Below, piece after piece: positions 12,701 to 25,542 of a stretch of 64,000 nucleotides of DNA (positions are counted from its first letter, which is position 1; the number at the start of each line of letters is the position of its first letter). Made by a program: the position numbers and the translations under genes. The stretch is from contig CDLV01000009.1 in the NCBI GenBank assembly GCA_001244265.2, positions 1,364,001 through 1,428,000 of the forward strand. The letters run 5' to 3'. This DNA is from Microbotryum violaceum. Taxonomy: Eukaryota. The notes beneath the pieces were generated by a model. The model saw only the letters and a program-made list of their open reading frames with translations. It was not told the DNA's origin and did not search any database.

Positions 12701-13961
12701 CTGGTCCCTGTCCCAGAGCCCACCTTGTTAAAAGGATCCTCCGAGGATAATTCAGAGGACCAAAAGCGAATGAGCGCTTCGGACATGTCATAGATACCAA
12801 AAAGATCTACCCCCAGTAGGTGTCGAGATATTCGATCGTGCGAAAGGTGAATGCGGTGATGCCTTCTCTTTTTCGGATTGAAGATGACGACGTCGGGAGA
12901 AGACCGTGAGCTGCCAGGGTTTGGATCTCGGGATAGCATGGGCAGTATCGTAGTTCTCGCATGCCTGCTCATGGTTGGGGGGTATCAAATCAGTCCAAGA
13001 CGATAGCGTAGGGGTGATTGACAAAATATGTGCAGCAGAAGCACCTACCCGCAAAGAACAGGTCCACAACCCGGACCTTTCTGGTGACTCGGCGTTCATG
13101 ACATGCGTCGCACCACCCCTCGTCGTCCGGGGAAGGGACAAACCCGCTCTGTCGAAGCACTTCTTTGGCCTTTTTCTTCATCAATAGGTACGCCTGGAGA
13201 AGTTCAGCTCGTTTTGACGCCCTAGTCTTAACTTCGGCCCTCGCATTCCGGCGACGATTGCGCTGCTTCTTGGCGTTTCTCTCGATCTGCGATCGCTTAA
13301 GTGAAGAGGGCGCTTGGTCTTGAGAAGCACCGTCTGGGTGGAATGGCGAATGCTCCGGTCCAGATGAGTATCCACCGCCGAAGTCGCGACCGAAGTCGTA
13401 GTCGGGCTCAAAGTCAGGCGCGCTGTTAGGCTTGAAGTTTTGCTCGAAGCCGCCGGTCTCGGTGTCTAGAGGCCACGCCGTTGCGCCATCGGCAATGTCA
13501 GTCCAAGGCTCGGACGATGATTTGTGGAGGCCGGCAATGAATTTCTCCGAATGCTCCTTCCGACGACGCGTTGACCTCTGGACTGATGGTGATGTGGGAG
13601 GGCTCGGCTGACGTTTCGGACGCCTCTTCGTTGGAGAGCGGAAAATGCCGAAGTTGAAGCCGAACGTCTTGTCGAACAGCTCGCTATCCGGGGACAACGA
13701 TGGCCCCCTTTTCCGTACTCGCTTGGTCCATAATTTCCTCTTCTTCATCTTCTTCGTCTTCGCCTCCTCCTCCGTTCCGACCGACGTCGTGGCCCCATTC
13801 TCGAACGTGTCCTTGTTGCTGCTGGTCACCTTCTTCCTCCTCCTCCTCACGGTCGTGATCTTCTTGCGCTTGGTCTTGTCAGTGCGTTTTCCCTTCTCTG
13901 TTCCGACTGGCGATGCTGAGCGAGGTTGTAGAGGTGGTGGTGTGTGTGGTAGGATGTCCAT
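9793..13961 (-). pseudogene. KDZ transposase with N-terminal CxC (CxC1-like) cysteine cluster; frameshift and premature stop
   Basis: Spliced motifs: WCDAC..RVVDLF/RYCPCYPE..TAFTF; ERLADVCPACFG; IIAVDGNFQHRR; ECTANWKAA; DTGLVAAVCRHDHCLRLCNLHQSGEK; VAYDIACNL; MHAYAHKWSCQ..FGLTDAEGAERLWSQL. There is a frameshift near 12810 (TYWG* to GIYDMSEAL) and an in-frame TGA at 11260-11262 (LLEQ*HAQR, where W is expected). Confidence 0.9.
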
Positions 13962-14109
13962 GCTTGAAGCAATGGGTGCGAGCCTGCAAGGCCTTGGTTG
14001 GAGGGAAGTGGGGGGAACTCGTGGTGCTGAGGCAGATGGACCATGAGCGGGGATAAGTAGCAAGTGCCCGGATTAGTGACCACTTTTGCCTCCGGGGGCT
14101 GGGGTTGGC

Positions 14110-14229
14110 AGGGCAATGGTGCACCTAGCCCGCACCAACGTTTTCCTGGGCCAAATCTTCAAAAAGCTCCCTAAACTCGCCGCGCGCGGGGTAGTATATT
14201 TCTTAGGCTTATTTTGACCCGCACAGGTG
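14110..14229 (-). repeat. Right terminal inverted repeat of the KDZ element
   Basis: Pairs with 4768-4886 and is followed immediately by the TSD copy ACTGTAGTG. Confidence 0.8.
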
Positions 14230-14368
14230 ACTGTAGTGAGGAAGCGGGAGGAGAAGGGAGGAGGAGCGCTTCGACGATCGGGTCTCGCTCTCTCATCTCC
14301 TGCTTCGGCCTGTTCCTGTTGTGCAGCCGCTCTTTCCGGGGTTGTCCTCGTCAGTCACTGGCCTAGAG

Positions 14369-16214
14369 ATGGGGTTCACCGGTGCTCCCGTCAGTCAGGG
14401 TCAGTATCCAGACCACCTTGTAACCCCTGTGCCTCGCTTGAGCTGACGTAGATTCGCGAGCCGGTCCGAGCTCACCGACTTCTTTCTCGTCAACAGGGCT
14501 CATCTCGGTCATTTGCGTCGCCTCGATACTAGCAGCGACCACATCAACGCAGCACTACTTTGACCTTCCCCTCAGCCCTCACCTGACGCGTGATCATCAG
14601 TGGTGGAGGTTGCTGACACATCAGATCGCGTTCGCCAACTCGTCCGAACTCTTCATCGCGGCTTTGCTGCTTTATTTCACAAGCGTACCTGTGGAGAGGT
14701 CATTGGGGAGTCATAAATATGCCGTGAGTCCAAGGTCGCTGTAGGCTGCGTGTGAAAGTCCCCGGGGGCTCACGAATGGCCCACGTCATCTCCCGATAGT
14801 CGTTCCTCTTTGCGAGCTTCTTCTGGTCGACCCTGCTCTCGCTGCTGCCTCTCATCCTCTTCTCTCGCTTCGGCCTCAACCGGATACCAGCAGGACCATT
14901 CATCGTCGTTTTCTCCATACTGTGCGTGTGTACTCACTACCTGCGCTCCCCCAAAGTGCTTCTCGCTCACCGATCTCCGATCTCCGTCCTTGTCTTCCCT
15001 CCTCACTCCTCCTGGGGCCCCACTTGCCGAAAAATCGTGTCGGCGACTATCGGCCTCTCTAGTGCCCAATCGATCCGCCTCATGCCCACCGTCTTCTACT
15101 GGCGACTTTTCGGTATCGAAGTCACGTCCCGCATAGCGCTCTACGTCCTCTCCGCCCAAGTACGTCACAACCCACTTCGATACCCCGCAGCGAAAAAACA
15201 AACGATTCCTCACTGACCCCCCTCCTTCCCCTCACCAACAGCTCATCTTCTCCCAACCCCCCATCTCCCTCTCCCTCTTCCTTCTCGGACTCCTCACCTC
15301 CTCCCTCTACCTCTCCAATTTCCTCTCCCTCCGAAAATTTCGCCTCTCCCCTCGCGTAGTCACCCTTTCCCAACGATTCCTCACGCCTTTCGTTCCCAAC
15401 GCCGTAATAGGAACGGGGATCTTACCGAGTCGATCAACGGCGACCACGTTGAACGAAGTGATGAGCTTACAAAGGAGGGCGAACGAACAAGCCGCTGGGA
15501 ATGCAGGGGGTGGGATGGCAGGTTTCGTGAGAGGGGGAACTTTTTTACCTTCGGGAACGACCGCGACGACGAGTACCGTTCCGCCTAGTCGACCGGGGGT
15601 GACGACGGCGAGAGGGACGACGTTGACGACGGTCGAGGCGATGAATACGGGTGTCGGAGGGGATGTACCTACTCCTCCTCTACCAACGACGACGCTAACT
15701 GCCGGATCGGATACGTTGGGTACCACCACTCCTATCGTTCCTCCGGCATCCACATCTTCAGCTATGGCGGCTCAGACAGGTCCACGAGCTTTCGTTCGAC
15801 AATGGACCCAGGGGTTGACGGGGGGTACGAGTGCGGCACAACCTACTCAAGAGTGAGTCGGTCCTCTTCAAAATAGTTCGATCATCCCGGATTATTTCAC
15901 TCATGACTATCTCGTATTCGGTTGACAGACAAATCGCTCATTTGACCGCCATTTTCCCCGTGCGTCCAAGCGATTTTTTTCTCTTCTTTTTTCTTCGAAC
16001 CAACCTTCGGACCTGACTAGAGCCTCACTACTATATCCCATAGCATCATCGACGCGACCTCATCGTCTCGGCTTTACAAACTAACGGACTGGACGTCGAA
16101 AGAGGTAAGATCAGACCGTTCGTAGACCGCTCCGCGAGCTGTGCGCTGATCGTTCCTTTATTTTTTCAATTTTTTTATTGGCTTACAGCCGCGACGACCC
16201 TGCTCGCTTCCTGA
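14369..16214 (+). CDS. DSC2: Rhomboid-like membrane protein with C-terminal UBA-like domain (Dsc2/UBAC2-like)
   Basis: MGFTGAPV; HLTRDHQWWRLLTHQIAFANSSELFIAALLLY..VERSLGSHKYA; IPAGPF; LIFSQPP; C-terminal PTQEQIAHLTAIFP..RDLIVSALQTNGLDVERAATTLLAS*. Confidence 0.75.
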
Positions 16215-16506
16215 GTTGCAAAGTATGGTGACCAAATGACCGTTGAAATCGCGATTCGCTTTCCACATTTTGTTGTTCAACTTTGACAATACAACAAACA
16301 CACTGAAAAAGAGAGGATGATGTTCGAGAGGGGGAAACATGACTATGATACGGTGGAGAAGAGGACGAGGCATTCAGGTATAATGACGAAAGGAGGAGTT
16401 TAGTCAGAGAGAGTAAGGGAGAGAGAGAGATAGTGGTGAGGTATGGGAGGGTTGACGAGAAGAAAAAGCAGAGCAACACCGATCCAACAGTAGTTCGTGA
16501 TCCCAC

Positions 16507-19500
16507 TCAAGGCGCCGAATTCGGCCCGAACCAATTCCATCCGTCCAAAGCGCCCGGTAGCAAAGTGTGCCAATAGTCCGTGTCCGTGAATTGCGGTTGC
16601 CCATCCAAGGAGATGCCCGTCGTGGAAGCAAAATCATCGAAAAGCTCGTCGCCCTATAGGTCACATCAACAACAGAGGGTCAGGGCTCATAGGTCTACGA
16701 CGTCGTGGTTGGGGTTCAAGAGAAGTGACTTACAATTGTCCCCAATCCAGCGAAAGGGTTCTGTTCCTGCTGCGCTTGACCATTCGACGAATCGCCATGC
16801 GGTCCTCCGGCGGGAGTGGCGTTGCCAAAGCCGTTCATGGCTCCCGAATTTGACATTTGTAAAGCGACCCTTCCTTCGGCGTTAGAAGACCCACTCTGAT
16901 GACCTGTGTGACGGTGGTGGATGTTGGAAGGCAGGTTCGAGGATTGTGGATGAGGCGAGTTAGGCCGCGTCGCAGGGATGGAGGACGAGGCGGATATTTG
17001 ACGTAAGACTTGTCGATAGAAGCGAGCGATGTAGGCTGAGACCGCTGTGTCGCGCTCGTTGGCAACTTGTTTGCACGTCGTGTACACTGTGGAAACATCA
17101 CGGACTTCCAAATAAGCATCTAATTCCAGGAATCGTGCTTGGGTAAGGCGAATGACTCGCCTTGGGTCAGCCAGCGTACGATTGTCGTCTGGTTCGTGAT
17201 GTTGACCATGGGGAACAACTGCCAACGATCAACCCGCGCAAAGATCAGCATACACATGACCCCGCCTCTCCGAACTATAAGAAAGCGAGCGATACTTACA
17301 CGGAACAAGAACTCCGCCGCAGTGAACAAAGCGACGGCGACCGAATCCTGGACGATATCAATCACGCCAGACCTAGCGAGGTTGAGGCTTTCTTCGAAGA
17401 ACTCTCCCGCGCGACCAAAGTATTCGGCTAGAACGGCGTCATCGTTAAATTCGGTGGCGATGAGCAGGGATTGGATGAGTACGGTGTTGGTGTTGCTGTT
17501 CTGTAAGGGAGAGCAAATCGAGTCGGGATCAGCTGAGGTGCTCGGTGCCTGTGATGGCGCTCGAAAATACTGACCATCATCCTCATCTTCAACGCCCCCT
17601 CGGGTCTCGAACAGCGATAATGAGGACTCGACGCATCCGTCCACTTGGTACAAGTTCCCCTCAACCACGCCGACAGATGAGCCGCCAACGCATGGGCCCC
17701 ACCCAACGACTTGCACGACTCGATGTTCCTTCTCAACTCGGTGATCCTACCCATCTCGACGGAGAGAGCGAGGAGACTGTCGTCTTCGACTTCGTAAGGG
17801 TAGCCGTCTTGGAGCCAGCGATCGAGATCGCGTTTCTCATCGGGGATCATGAGGCCTACTCGACGGCCTTCAGATTCGTCGTAGAGGTGGTACGATTTAT
17901 CGAAGCAAACCAGGTTCAACCACGTCCTCTCCCCATCGAGGATCAATCGAGCCTCCATCGTGTCCGCAGGGAGGGGTTGGGTTCGAGGTTTGTGCAAACG
18001 CAATTGGTAACCCATTCGAATCGCAATCCCGACTTTCATCCAAGCGCTCGAATCGGTCGGTTCCTTCCAATACACCAGTATCCCTAACGCCTGGACGATC
18101 CCAATGTGCGAGATGTTGTCCGCCAACGCGCGTCCGACGAGTTGTTGCGCATGCGCGAGCAGTTGAGGGTAGAGGTCGACGCGGGTGAATTTTCCGGCGA
18201 CGCAGAGCACGGCCGAGAAGAGGATCGGAGAGTGCTTGCGCGTGAACTCCATCGTATGCACTGTGAGAATAGAAAAAAAACCGGCCTCTACTTTTAGCGT
18301 GTCTCTGCTTAACTTCCCAACTTGAGCATCTGCAACTGACGATGTGGATCCAAAATCTTGATGAACGGATTGAGCTGGATGTGGTACGCATGGAACAACT
18401 GATCGGCTTCGACGAGGCCCAAAATATCTGCGTACACCAGTTACAAGTGATGTCAGATTTTCACACCGATTCATAACGCCGCCCCGTCCGAAACTGACGC
18501 AAATCGACCGGATCGACGTAACCCGGCAAGGCCAACCCTTTCTTCTTCTGCTTGGCCTCCAAATCGGCCGTCACCGCCGCGTTCTCCGCCATCGTCACTT
18601 CCGCCGCCTGGACCAATGATCTTAAACTATGATCCATCGCGTTCTCCCCTCCGACCAGCTGCCGTCGAGCGCTGTTGGGGCCCGCGCCTTCGCTTAGGCG
18701 GGGAGAACCGGCGGTACCGGTGGAGGAAACGGAGGGGTGGTTCGCGGGGGCACCGTACGGTCCTCCGGGTTGGGATGATGAGGAGGGAGGCATGCTGGGG
18801 TGGACGGGTACTCCTCGAGAGGTCGCTATTGGAGGGAAATGAGAGACGCTGGTGGACGGTCCCAGCATGGGAGGCGTGACTGAACTCGTAGGAGCGTACG
18901 ACGCGGGTTTGTTAGCCCTGTGGAGAATGTGGGGGTGGGGTCAGTTTTGGACACAGACGAGCCGCAGCGAACTCGGCATTGTAACTGACCAGGGATTGGC
19001 TGCTGAAGAGACAGGTGCGGTCGTTGATGGAGGAGGGAAGCTTGGCATGGGGGCCGACATGCTCGGCTTGGTATCGGCAGGCGGTCTCTCTGTCAATCAG
19101 GGAGCGAGGGACCATCACCCCATCAGCTCGTGGACACCGTTGCATCGAGACCAACACAAATACCTTCAAATGATGTCGAGACACCTCCCTGACCCACTTC
19201 GCCCAGTTTCAAAAGACTGCCACATAAAGTAACTCTAACGCGCATCAGCACATGGAAAGACTTCACCCCACACCGAAGCTTCTCGCCAACGCTCACCTAT
19301 GTCGTGGTTTCCTCCCTTTGGTAGCCGGGGCAGGGTATTCGCATGGGAGTTCTGTACGAGGTAAATAGGGTTCAGACATTGCAGGAACGCTAGAGAGAGG
19401 AAATTTTCGGGCGGTGTGAAGCGAAAGTCAAGCCGTCTCGGGAACGAGCACATGAAGAACCTTCGGCGCATTGGCGGCCGGGCATGGGATGCATGGGAGG

Positions 19501-20531
19501 CCGCCCGCCGACGCGCCGACGGGGTGCCAGTGGAGTGGACTCGTGGAGTGGACTCGTGGAGTGGACTCGTGGAGTGACGACTTACTCAGTCGAATACATC
19601 TCGTACACACGACGGCGTTGGGTCCACTCGCGGGAAGGATACATCGCACCTAGATTGAGATCGGGGAAGAGAGTTAGGTGTTAGATGCCCGTGGCAGGGT
19701 GGTGATCGCCTTGAAAGCTGTAGGTGCGGGGTGTGGGGCGCGGGCGACGATGGCCGACAGCCAACGCGCTCGAGCCACGCGGGCGAGAACAAGTCGACAA
19801 GTCGAGTCGGAGGACCCAGGAACGGGAAATTGGTCGTCAAGTCATCGGCGAACTGACCTTGATGGTGCGGCAACCTATGCAACTGGGGATGACACACAGA
19901 CAAAAGTGTCAGCTACAAGCTACTGGTCACGTGTCTCTTCCCACGTAGTGAATAGGTCGCTACGACGTCCCCGAGACACCGGAGCGAGCCGAGGTCTCGA
20001 CCGCGTTAACCGTGGCGCGAGAGGCAGCAGTTGGCAGCTAGCGGCCGGGGTGGTGGTGGTGGTGGTGGTGGTGGTGGTGCTTGTCGGTGGGAACATCATC
20101 CACCCCAGCGCACGCACCCGCCAACCCAGACTTCCACATCGAGTCAGAGCATCCATAACTCACGCAGGTCTCTTGTTGTCTTTATCCCCCGCATGCTTGC
20201 CCCTCCTCCCACTGCCCCCAGCAGCTCCCCAGGGACCGACACCCCCCGTACCACCACTGCCACTCCCCTCTGGACTGATCGGCGAAGCAGAGGTGGTGGA
20301 TCGCTCGTCGAGACTAGTCGACATCGACACGTCCATTTGGGATGGTGAGCTTTTTGGAGAGCTTTCTCCGTTTTGTGGAATCCCTCCGCCCCGAGGATTG
20401 GTCGCGACGATGAGGCTGCAGAGACGGGGAGTAGCAGTCGAACCCGAGAGGCAAATTCCCTCGCCTCGCCCCGAGTTAAGTCGAAGAGCGTGCTGAAGAA
20501 ACGCGAGCCTCGGGTGGCCCGGCGGATGCAC
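16507..20531 (-). CDS. Zn(II)2Cys6 fungal transcription factor (start codon uncertain: 20531 or ~20336)
   Basis: The binuclear cluster is split across exons (SCIGCRTIK / RCILPASGPNAVVCTRCIRL / LPC). Middle homology region HSPILFSAVLCVAGKF..IVQALGILVYWKEPTDSSAWMKVGIAIRMGYQLRLH..ERTWLNLVCFD. Acidic/aromatic C-terminal exon ends WNWFGPNSAP*. Confidence 0.85.
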
Positions 20532-21181
20532 TGCACTAGTAGTGATCGGCGATAAAAATCTCCCGCGAGAACCAAGCGGAGCAAAAATCGTTGTTCAAGA
20601 ACAGCGGAAATTCTCAGCCTTGCGAGAACCTCATTTTTATTCACCGTCTCGTCAGCGTCACGGCTCAGAAAGCCGGCCTCGGTTCAACTCGATCTTCCCC
20701 CGCCCCCGTCGGCCGCCACAATGAAGTTCAAGCGAAAAACGCGGGGGGGCGATCAGGGGGTCGAGGGGGAAATGAAAGGGGTCTCGGAAAAGTGAGACGA
20801 GCGTCTTGGCACACACACACCCAAAAAGGGTGCTCGTTCTGGAATGGAAGAGAAGGATCGTTGAAAGGCTCATTATTGCGGTGTTCATATGCATGCAAGA
20901 AGAAAAAGGTTTGCTAAAAAGGGAAAATTACGTCTTGCTTGCTTGCTTGCTTGCTGACTCGTGTGATCGACGGTTAAATTTCGAGGAGAGATACAGCTCA
21001 ATCTCAAAACGAGAGAATTTTGGATGATCGTCGTCATGAGTTCGTGCACGGGGATCCTCCCGCGGCAGAAGAGGCTGAAGAGGAAGATCTTTGAAAGACG
21101 AACGCGACAAGCCAGGAGGCCTTGCGATGTTCTTCCACGCTCCCTCTCGCGAACCACGGTGAGATCTCCCAGGGAAATCGC

Positions 21182-22646
21182 TTAGAGTTCCTCCTCCTCG
21201 GTCTCAATACCTCTCCCGTCCGCCTCCATACCCGCTCCAACCCCCTCTCTCCACCCGATCACCCACCCCACCTCCTTCCTCAACCTCTCCCTAACCCCTT
21301 CCATAGCCCTCTTAGCGACCCCTTCCCCTCTGCCCCCTACCAAGCCCACACCAGGGCTATCGACGCACAACTCTTCCAATTTAGAGAACCAGGTCCTCAG
21401 TGTAGTTGCGGCTAACATGCGACCTTCGTGATTGACCCCTGTTGAGAGACGCGTCAACCAGACGTGCCATTGATTGACCGTCAAAGGGAGGAGATGGGAA
21501 GCGATCGGGTTCATCGGGTCCGAGGTGGTGGAGAGAACTTGGGAACGCGTGGAAGGTAAAGCGAGTTCGAGCCTTCTCAACGAGGACGTCAAAGCGAACA
21601 AGAAGGCGAACGTCGTCGAAGGGTGCCCGATCTCGTCATCCGAAGAAGTCGATGTCGAAGAAACGCGAGGCGTGGGAGAACAGAACGAGGCGAGGAACGA
21701 TTTGGACTCGGCGACGAACTGCTCCAAGGGAACACGCACGCGACCAAAGACGTATTCGTCGCGCAGATTCTGACCACCGGGCAAGGCGGCGACGACGGCG
21801 CGTTCGAGGTGGTGGATCATTTCAATTGAATGCGAGAGGGTCGGCGGGGGAAGCAACGCTTCGATCGTCGGCACGAGTTGAGGTGAGGTCGAGACGAGCT
21901 GGTTCAAAAGTGACAAGAGCGACTCTTTGGAGAGAGAGGCTGTAAGGGACAAACAGACGGCAGCGTCAATTGCTGGGCGAAGAGAACGATTGATTGGCGC
22001 ACGACTTACCGAGCGCTTTGCCAAGATCAGCCGTAGTAGGCCCAGTTGTGGCCTGAGCAATCGACGTCGATGCAACACGCGCCTTCTTGATCCCTCTGGT
22101 AGAGAATGGTGGGGCAGCTGCAATTGTGCAAGGCGAAGACCTGATGTGCTGGTCCATGGAGGCGTCCTGCGCTTCGTCATCATCCATTGAAAGACTGCGT
22201 CGTCTCCTCCTGCGCGACGAGACAGCCACCGCTGGGCTGGCTGGCGTTGGTGCGGGGTTGTTTGATCGGAGCGCGGCCTGCTGTTGCTGATGTTGTGTCG
22301 TGGGAGCTTGGCCCCACGCTGCGGAGGCGGAGGCGGAGGCGGCATGACCCCATCCTCCCGTCGCTGTAGCTGGGGGCTGCTGCTGCGAATGCGACGACAT
22401 GTGCGAGGCCGCCGACAGTCCGAACCCAAACGAAAGCGCACCGGGTTGGGATCCTGGAATGGCGCCGAAAGGAACGACATGCGAGGATGCGTTCGCTGAC
22501 GACGACGGTGATGACGATAAAGACGGAGCAGCAGCTGACACCACCCAGCTACTGGGCGGGTTCATCGAGTGATGATGGTGGTGGTGGTGTTGGTGTTGGT
22601 GCGGTTGTTGATGCACGGGTGAAGGTGGTTCGACTTGCATCGACAT
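21182..22646 (-). CDS. STS1: Nuclear proteasome tethering factor Cut8/Sts1 family
   Basis: Low-complexity N-terminus with basic NLS-like runs, then DLGKAL/ASLSKESLLSLLNQLVSTSPQLVPTIEALLPPPTL..EYVFGRVRVPLEQFV. One intron at ~21950-22008. Confidence 0.75.
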
Positions 22647-23092
22647 GGTCTTGCGCGAGGGCTAGGAGCTACTGGCTGATGGAGGGTGGATGTGATGTGG
22701 CTGTGACAGAAGCAGAGCAGCGTGGCGAGCGGGTCGAGTTGCGGTGGGACAGCCTAGTATGCCCTCGGCAGTCCCTCGACCGAGCTCAACCAACCTCGAG
22801 TGCAAGCCTGGCGACAGGCGGAGAGTACAGGTAGCGACTGGTTGAGTGTTGCCCCGCGAGCCAGTCGATAGGCGAGACGGTGAAGGACCGATAGGAGTGA
22901 AGGGCGTCGAAGTGGGTCGCCAGCTGACCGGTGACTGAGCTTGACTGACTTCGGGCCTTTCGCACTCGCACGGACCTCTTTTCTCGGCGATCGCGCGCGA
23001 CTTGCGCGTGAGGGTGACGCGCTCCTTTGCAGCTCTTCCTCTACCTCCCGGCGCACACCTCAAAGTCTCTCCTCCCCCGCCCGGATCGCGCC

Positions 23093-23920
23093 ATGACCAG
23101 CCCAGCCACCAAGATCCTCTTCGTCACCGGCAACGCCAACAAGCTCAAAGAGGTACGCTCCATCCTCGCCGCCGGGTCTTCCACGTCTACGATCGATTTG
23201 GATTCCAAAGCTTTGGACTTGCCCGAGATCCAAGGCACGACGAGAGAGGTGGCGAGTGCCAAAGTCAAGGCAGCGGCGGAGATCATTGGGGGACCTTGTA
23301 TCACTGAGGTGAGTTGGAGTCTGCTGGCGGGTTGGCGCTGTAGGCTGAGCTGATCTGAGCTGGGAATTCTGTTTGAGGCATTATGGGATCTAGGACACTG
23401 CTTTGGCTTTCACGGCGTTGAAGGGTCTTCCGGGACCTTATATCAAGCACTTTCTTGACTCGCTAGGCCACGACGGTACGCTCTCACTCCTATCCTATCC
23501 CTCTCCTCCCCCACCTCACCCCAACCCTTCCTCCTTTCTCCCTTCCAACAGGTCTCAACAAGATGCTCGTTGGTTTCTCCGACAAGTCAGCCACCGCAAT
23601 TTGTACATTCGCCTACTCTGCCGGTCCAGGATCAGAACCTTTGTTGTTTGAGGGAAGAACGCAGGGGAAGATTGTCGAGGCAAGGGGTCCGACTGATTTT
23701 GGGTGGGATCCGATTTTTGAGGCGCACGAGTCGGGACTGACGTAAGTGACGAGATTGAGGCTGAACAGGCTCAGGTGATGATGATGAGGTTACTGATCAT
23801 GATCTTTGGGTTCGACTCAGGTACGCCGAGATGGACGGGCAAGCGAAGAACAAGATCTCGCACCGGTATCGAGCCTTGGACAAGTTGAGGACCTACCTCT
23901 TGGTCCAACAACAGTCATAG
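23093..23920 (+). CDS. HAM1: Inosine triphosphate pyrophosphatase (Ham1/ITPA)
   Basis: [63 protein letters not shown]. Confidence 0.97.
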
Positions 23921-24007
23921 TCCCCACAGCAGACGAAAGCGTATTCGTATAATCGCAATATTCACTTCATTGCATACTACTACCCCAAGACAGAGAAGTT
24001 ACCCCGA

Positions 24008-24920
24008 TCAGAGCTTGGCTGCGCCTTTCGGCCACTTGATCATCAGACTCGGTGTATCCTGCTTGACATGCGTGCCGAACGCAATGAGGCGGCCCGTTTC
24101 ACTATTCCAACGCAAGAAAAAAGAGAAGTCAACATCAGCCATGATCCTTATTCCTTGAGACTCTCGTGAAGAGGGGAGTGAAAGGGAAGCGCAGAATCTT
24201 CTTCTCCTCCTCGGTTCCCCCCTCTGTAACCGAGAAACTATAGTCCAAACGTACGCATGCTCCACCCTCGTTTCTAAAAGGCTGGATGTTTTGCTTTGTT
24301 GCAATACCCGCGTTACGACTTTGAGAGGCGTGCCGCTCTGTAAAACCAAAAGAACGGAACAAGTTCAGCCAATCTTCACTTTGGCATAAGAAGATCAATC
24401 TGCGGTCGCAATCTCAGAAGTAGGTAAACTTACGGGTGCAGCAGAAATATAATTGACGGTGAGGTTCGTACTGACACCGCTCGTTGCCCACCTCCCATGT
24501 CCAGCTAAAGCGATCAAGCTCAAACTCGAACAATGGTCGATCAACCATGCCAAGAAACCGCCGTGCTGGTAGAAACACGGTCAAAGTTTGAGCAGTTTCC
24601 TGAATTGTGAGAAGTACGGTGCATAGGATCGCTATTTTACTCACCGCATTCCCACTCAGATTACACATCCCATCATCCACCTCCAACTCGACCGTCGTCA
24701 GCGCCTGAGCCCCCTTCCTAGGCGCCGTGTCCTCCTCATCATCTTCAGCCAAATCGACTCCAGAGACTTGGACGTCACCTAATCGACAGGAAGCCGCTTG
24801 TTGCCATCCGAAACCGGGTTCGCTGGTACCAGCTCGAAGGACGGTTTCGCACCGTTGCCGGATAATGGAGAGGACTTTGGCTTGGGTCGCCGAGGTGGAG
24901 GAGGAAGAGGAGCTGGTCAT
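24008..24920 (-). CDS. Hotdog-fold acyl-CoA thioesterase (PaaI/ACOT13-like)
   Basis: ELEVDDGMCNLSGNA/HGGFLAWLIDHCSSL..SGVSTNLTVNYISAA..GTPLKVVTRVLQ..GRLIAFGTHVK. Confidence 0.85.
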
Positions 24921-25542
24921 TCTGGAGCGACGGCCCCTGGGAGGGAGGTTCGTGCGGGGTTGTGCTTGAGCGGTCGTAAGAGCGAGTACTGTGGTGATGA
25001 TCTCCTTGGTGAGTCTGACTAGAGTAATGAACAGGCCAAGACGATTGAATGCAGAAAGCGAGAGGGCCAAGAAAGCGCGAACTCTTGTCGTTGTCTTAGA
25101 GTCGCGCTGACCGTAGTCCGTAGCTGACCGGCGCTGACCGGCAACTGGATCGAACCGGGCGTGTCGCCGGCCTTCGGGCCTTCACGTCTTGCATAGGCAA
25201 GCGAGGTCCACGATCACGTGCTTATCATGCCCGGGCTGAGCTTGGGGGTAACTTGCTTCACTGGTCATCACCTGCGTCCACGGTCTATCTACATTACTGA
25301 GAACAGCAAGGAAACCACAAAACCCTTGAAAAACGGAGTAGTGATTATTTGATCATGACAGAAATGGAAGCGAGCGACTCAAGAAACGATGAACCCAAAA
25401 AGTGTTCAGAGGAGTGGTGTGCGCGAGTATATACACGGAAGAACGAAAATCGGTCGAAGAAGAAGATGGAGGTGTTTGTAAAAAAAGAGACGAAGACGAG
25501 AACAAAAGACATAGCAGAACACAACTTTCAACTCTTTAGCCC

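Larger units (their letters stand above)
4768..14229 (-). mobile_element. Full-length KDZ (Kyakuja-Dileera-Zisupton) DNA transposon, ~9.46 kb, with TIRs and TSD
   Basis: Direct repeat ACTGTAGTG at 4759-4767 and 14230-14238 (10 bp if the preceding G is counted). Imperfect inverted repeats at ~4768-4886 and ~14110-14229, with CA...TG termini. An internal KDZ transposase and a second gene are present. Confidence 0.85.

Noticed and set aside
5342-14226. CTGTGCGG/CCGCACAG as the KDZ termini
   Set aside because: An 8-bp match without a flanking duplication; the 4768/14229 boundaries have far longer similarity plus a TSD.
19528-19576. Short intronic tandem repeats (GTGGAGTGGACTC x3; also GGAAGGCAGG at ~4521-4569)
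   Set aside because: Ordinary slippage repeats within introns with no evidence of function.
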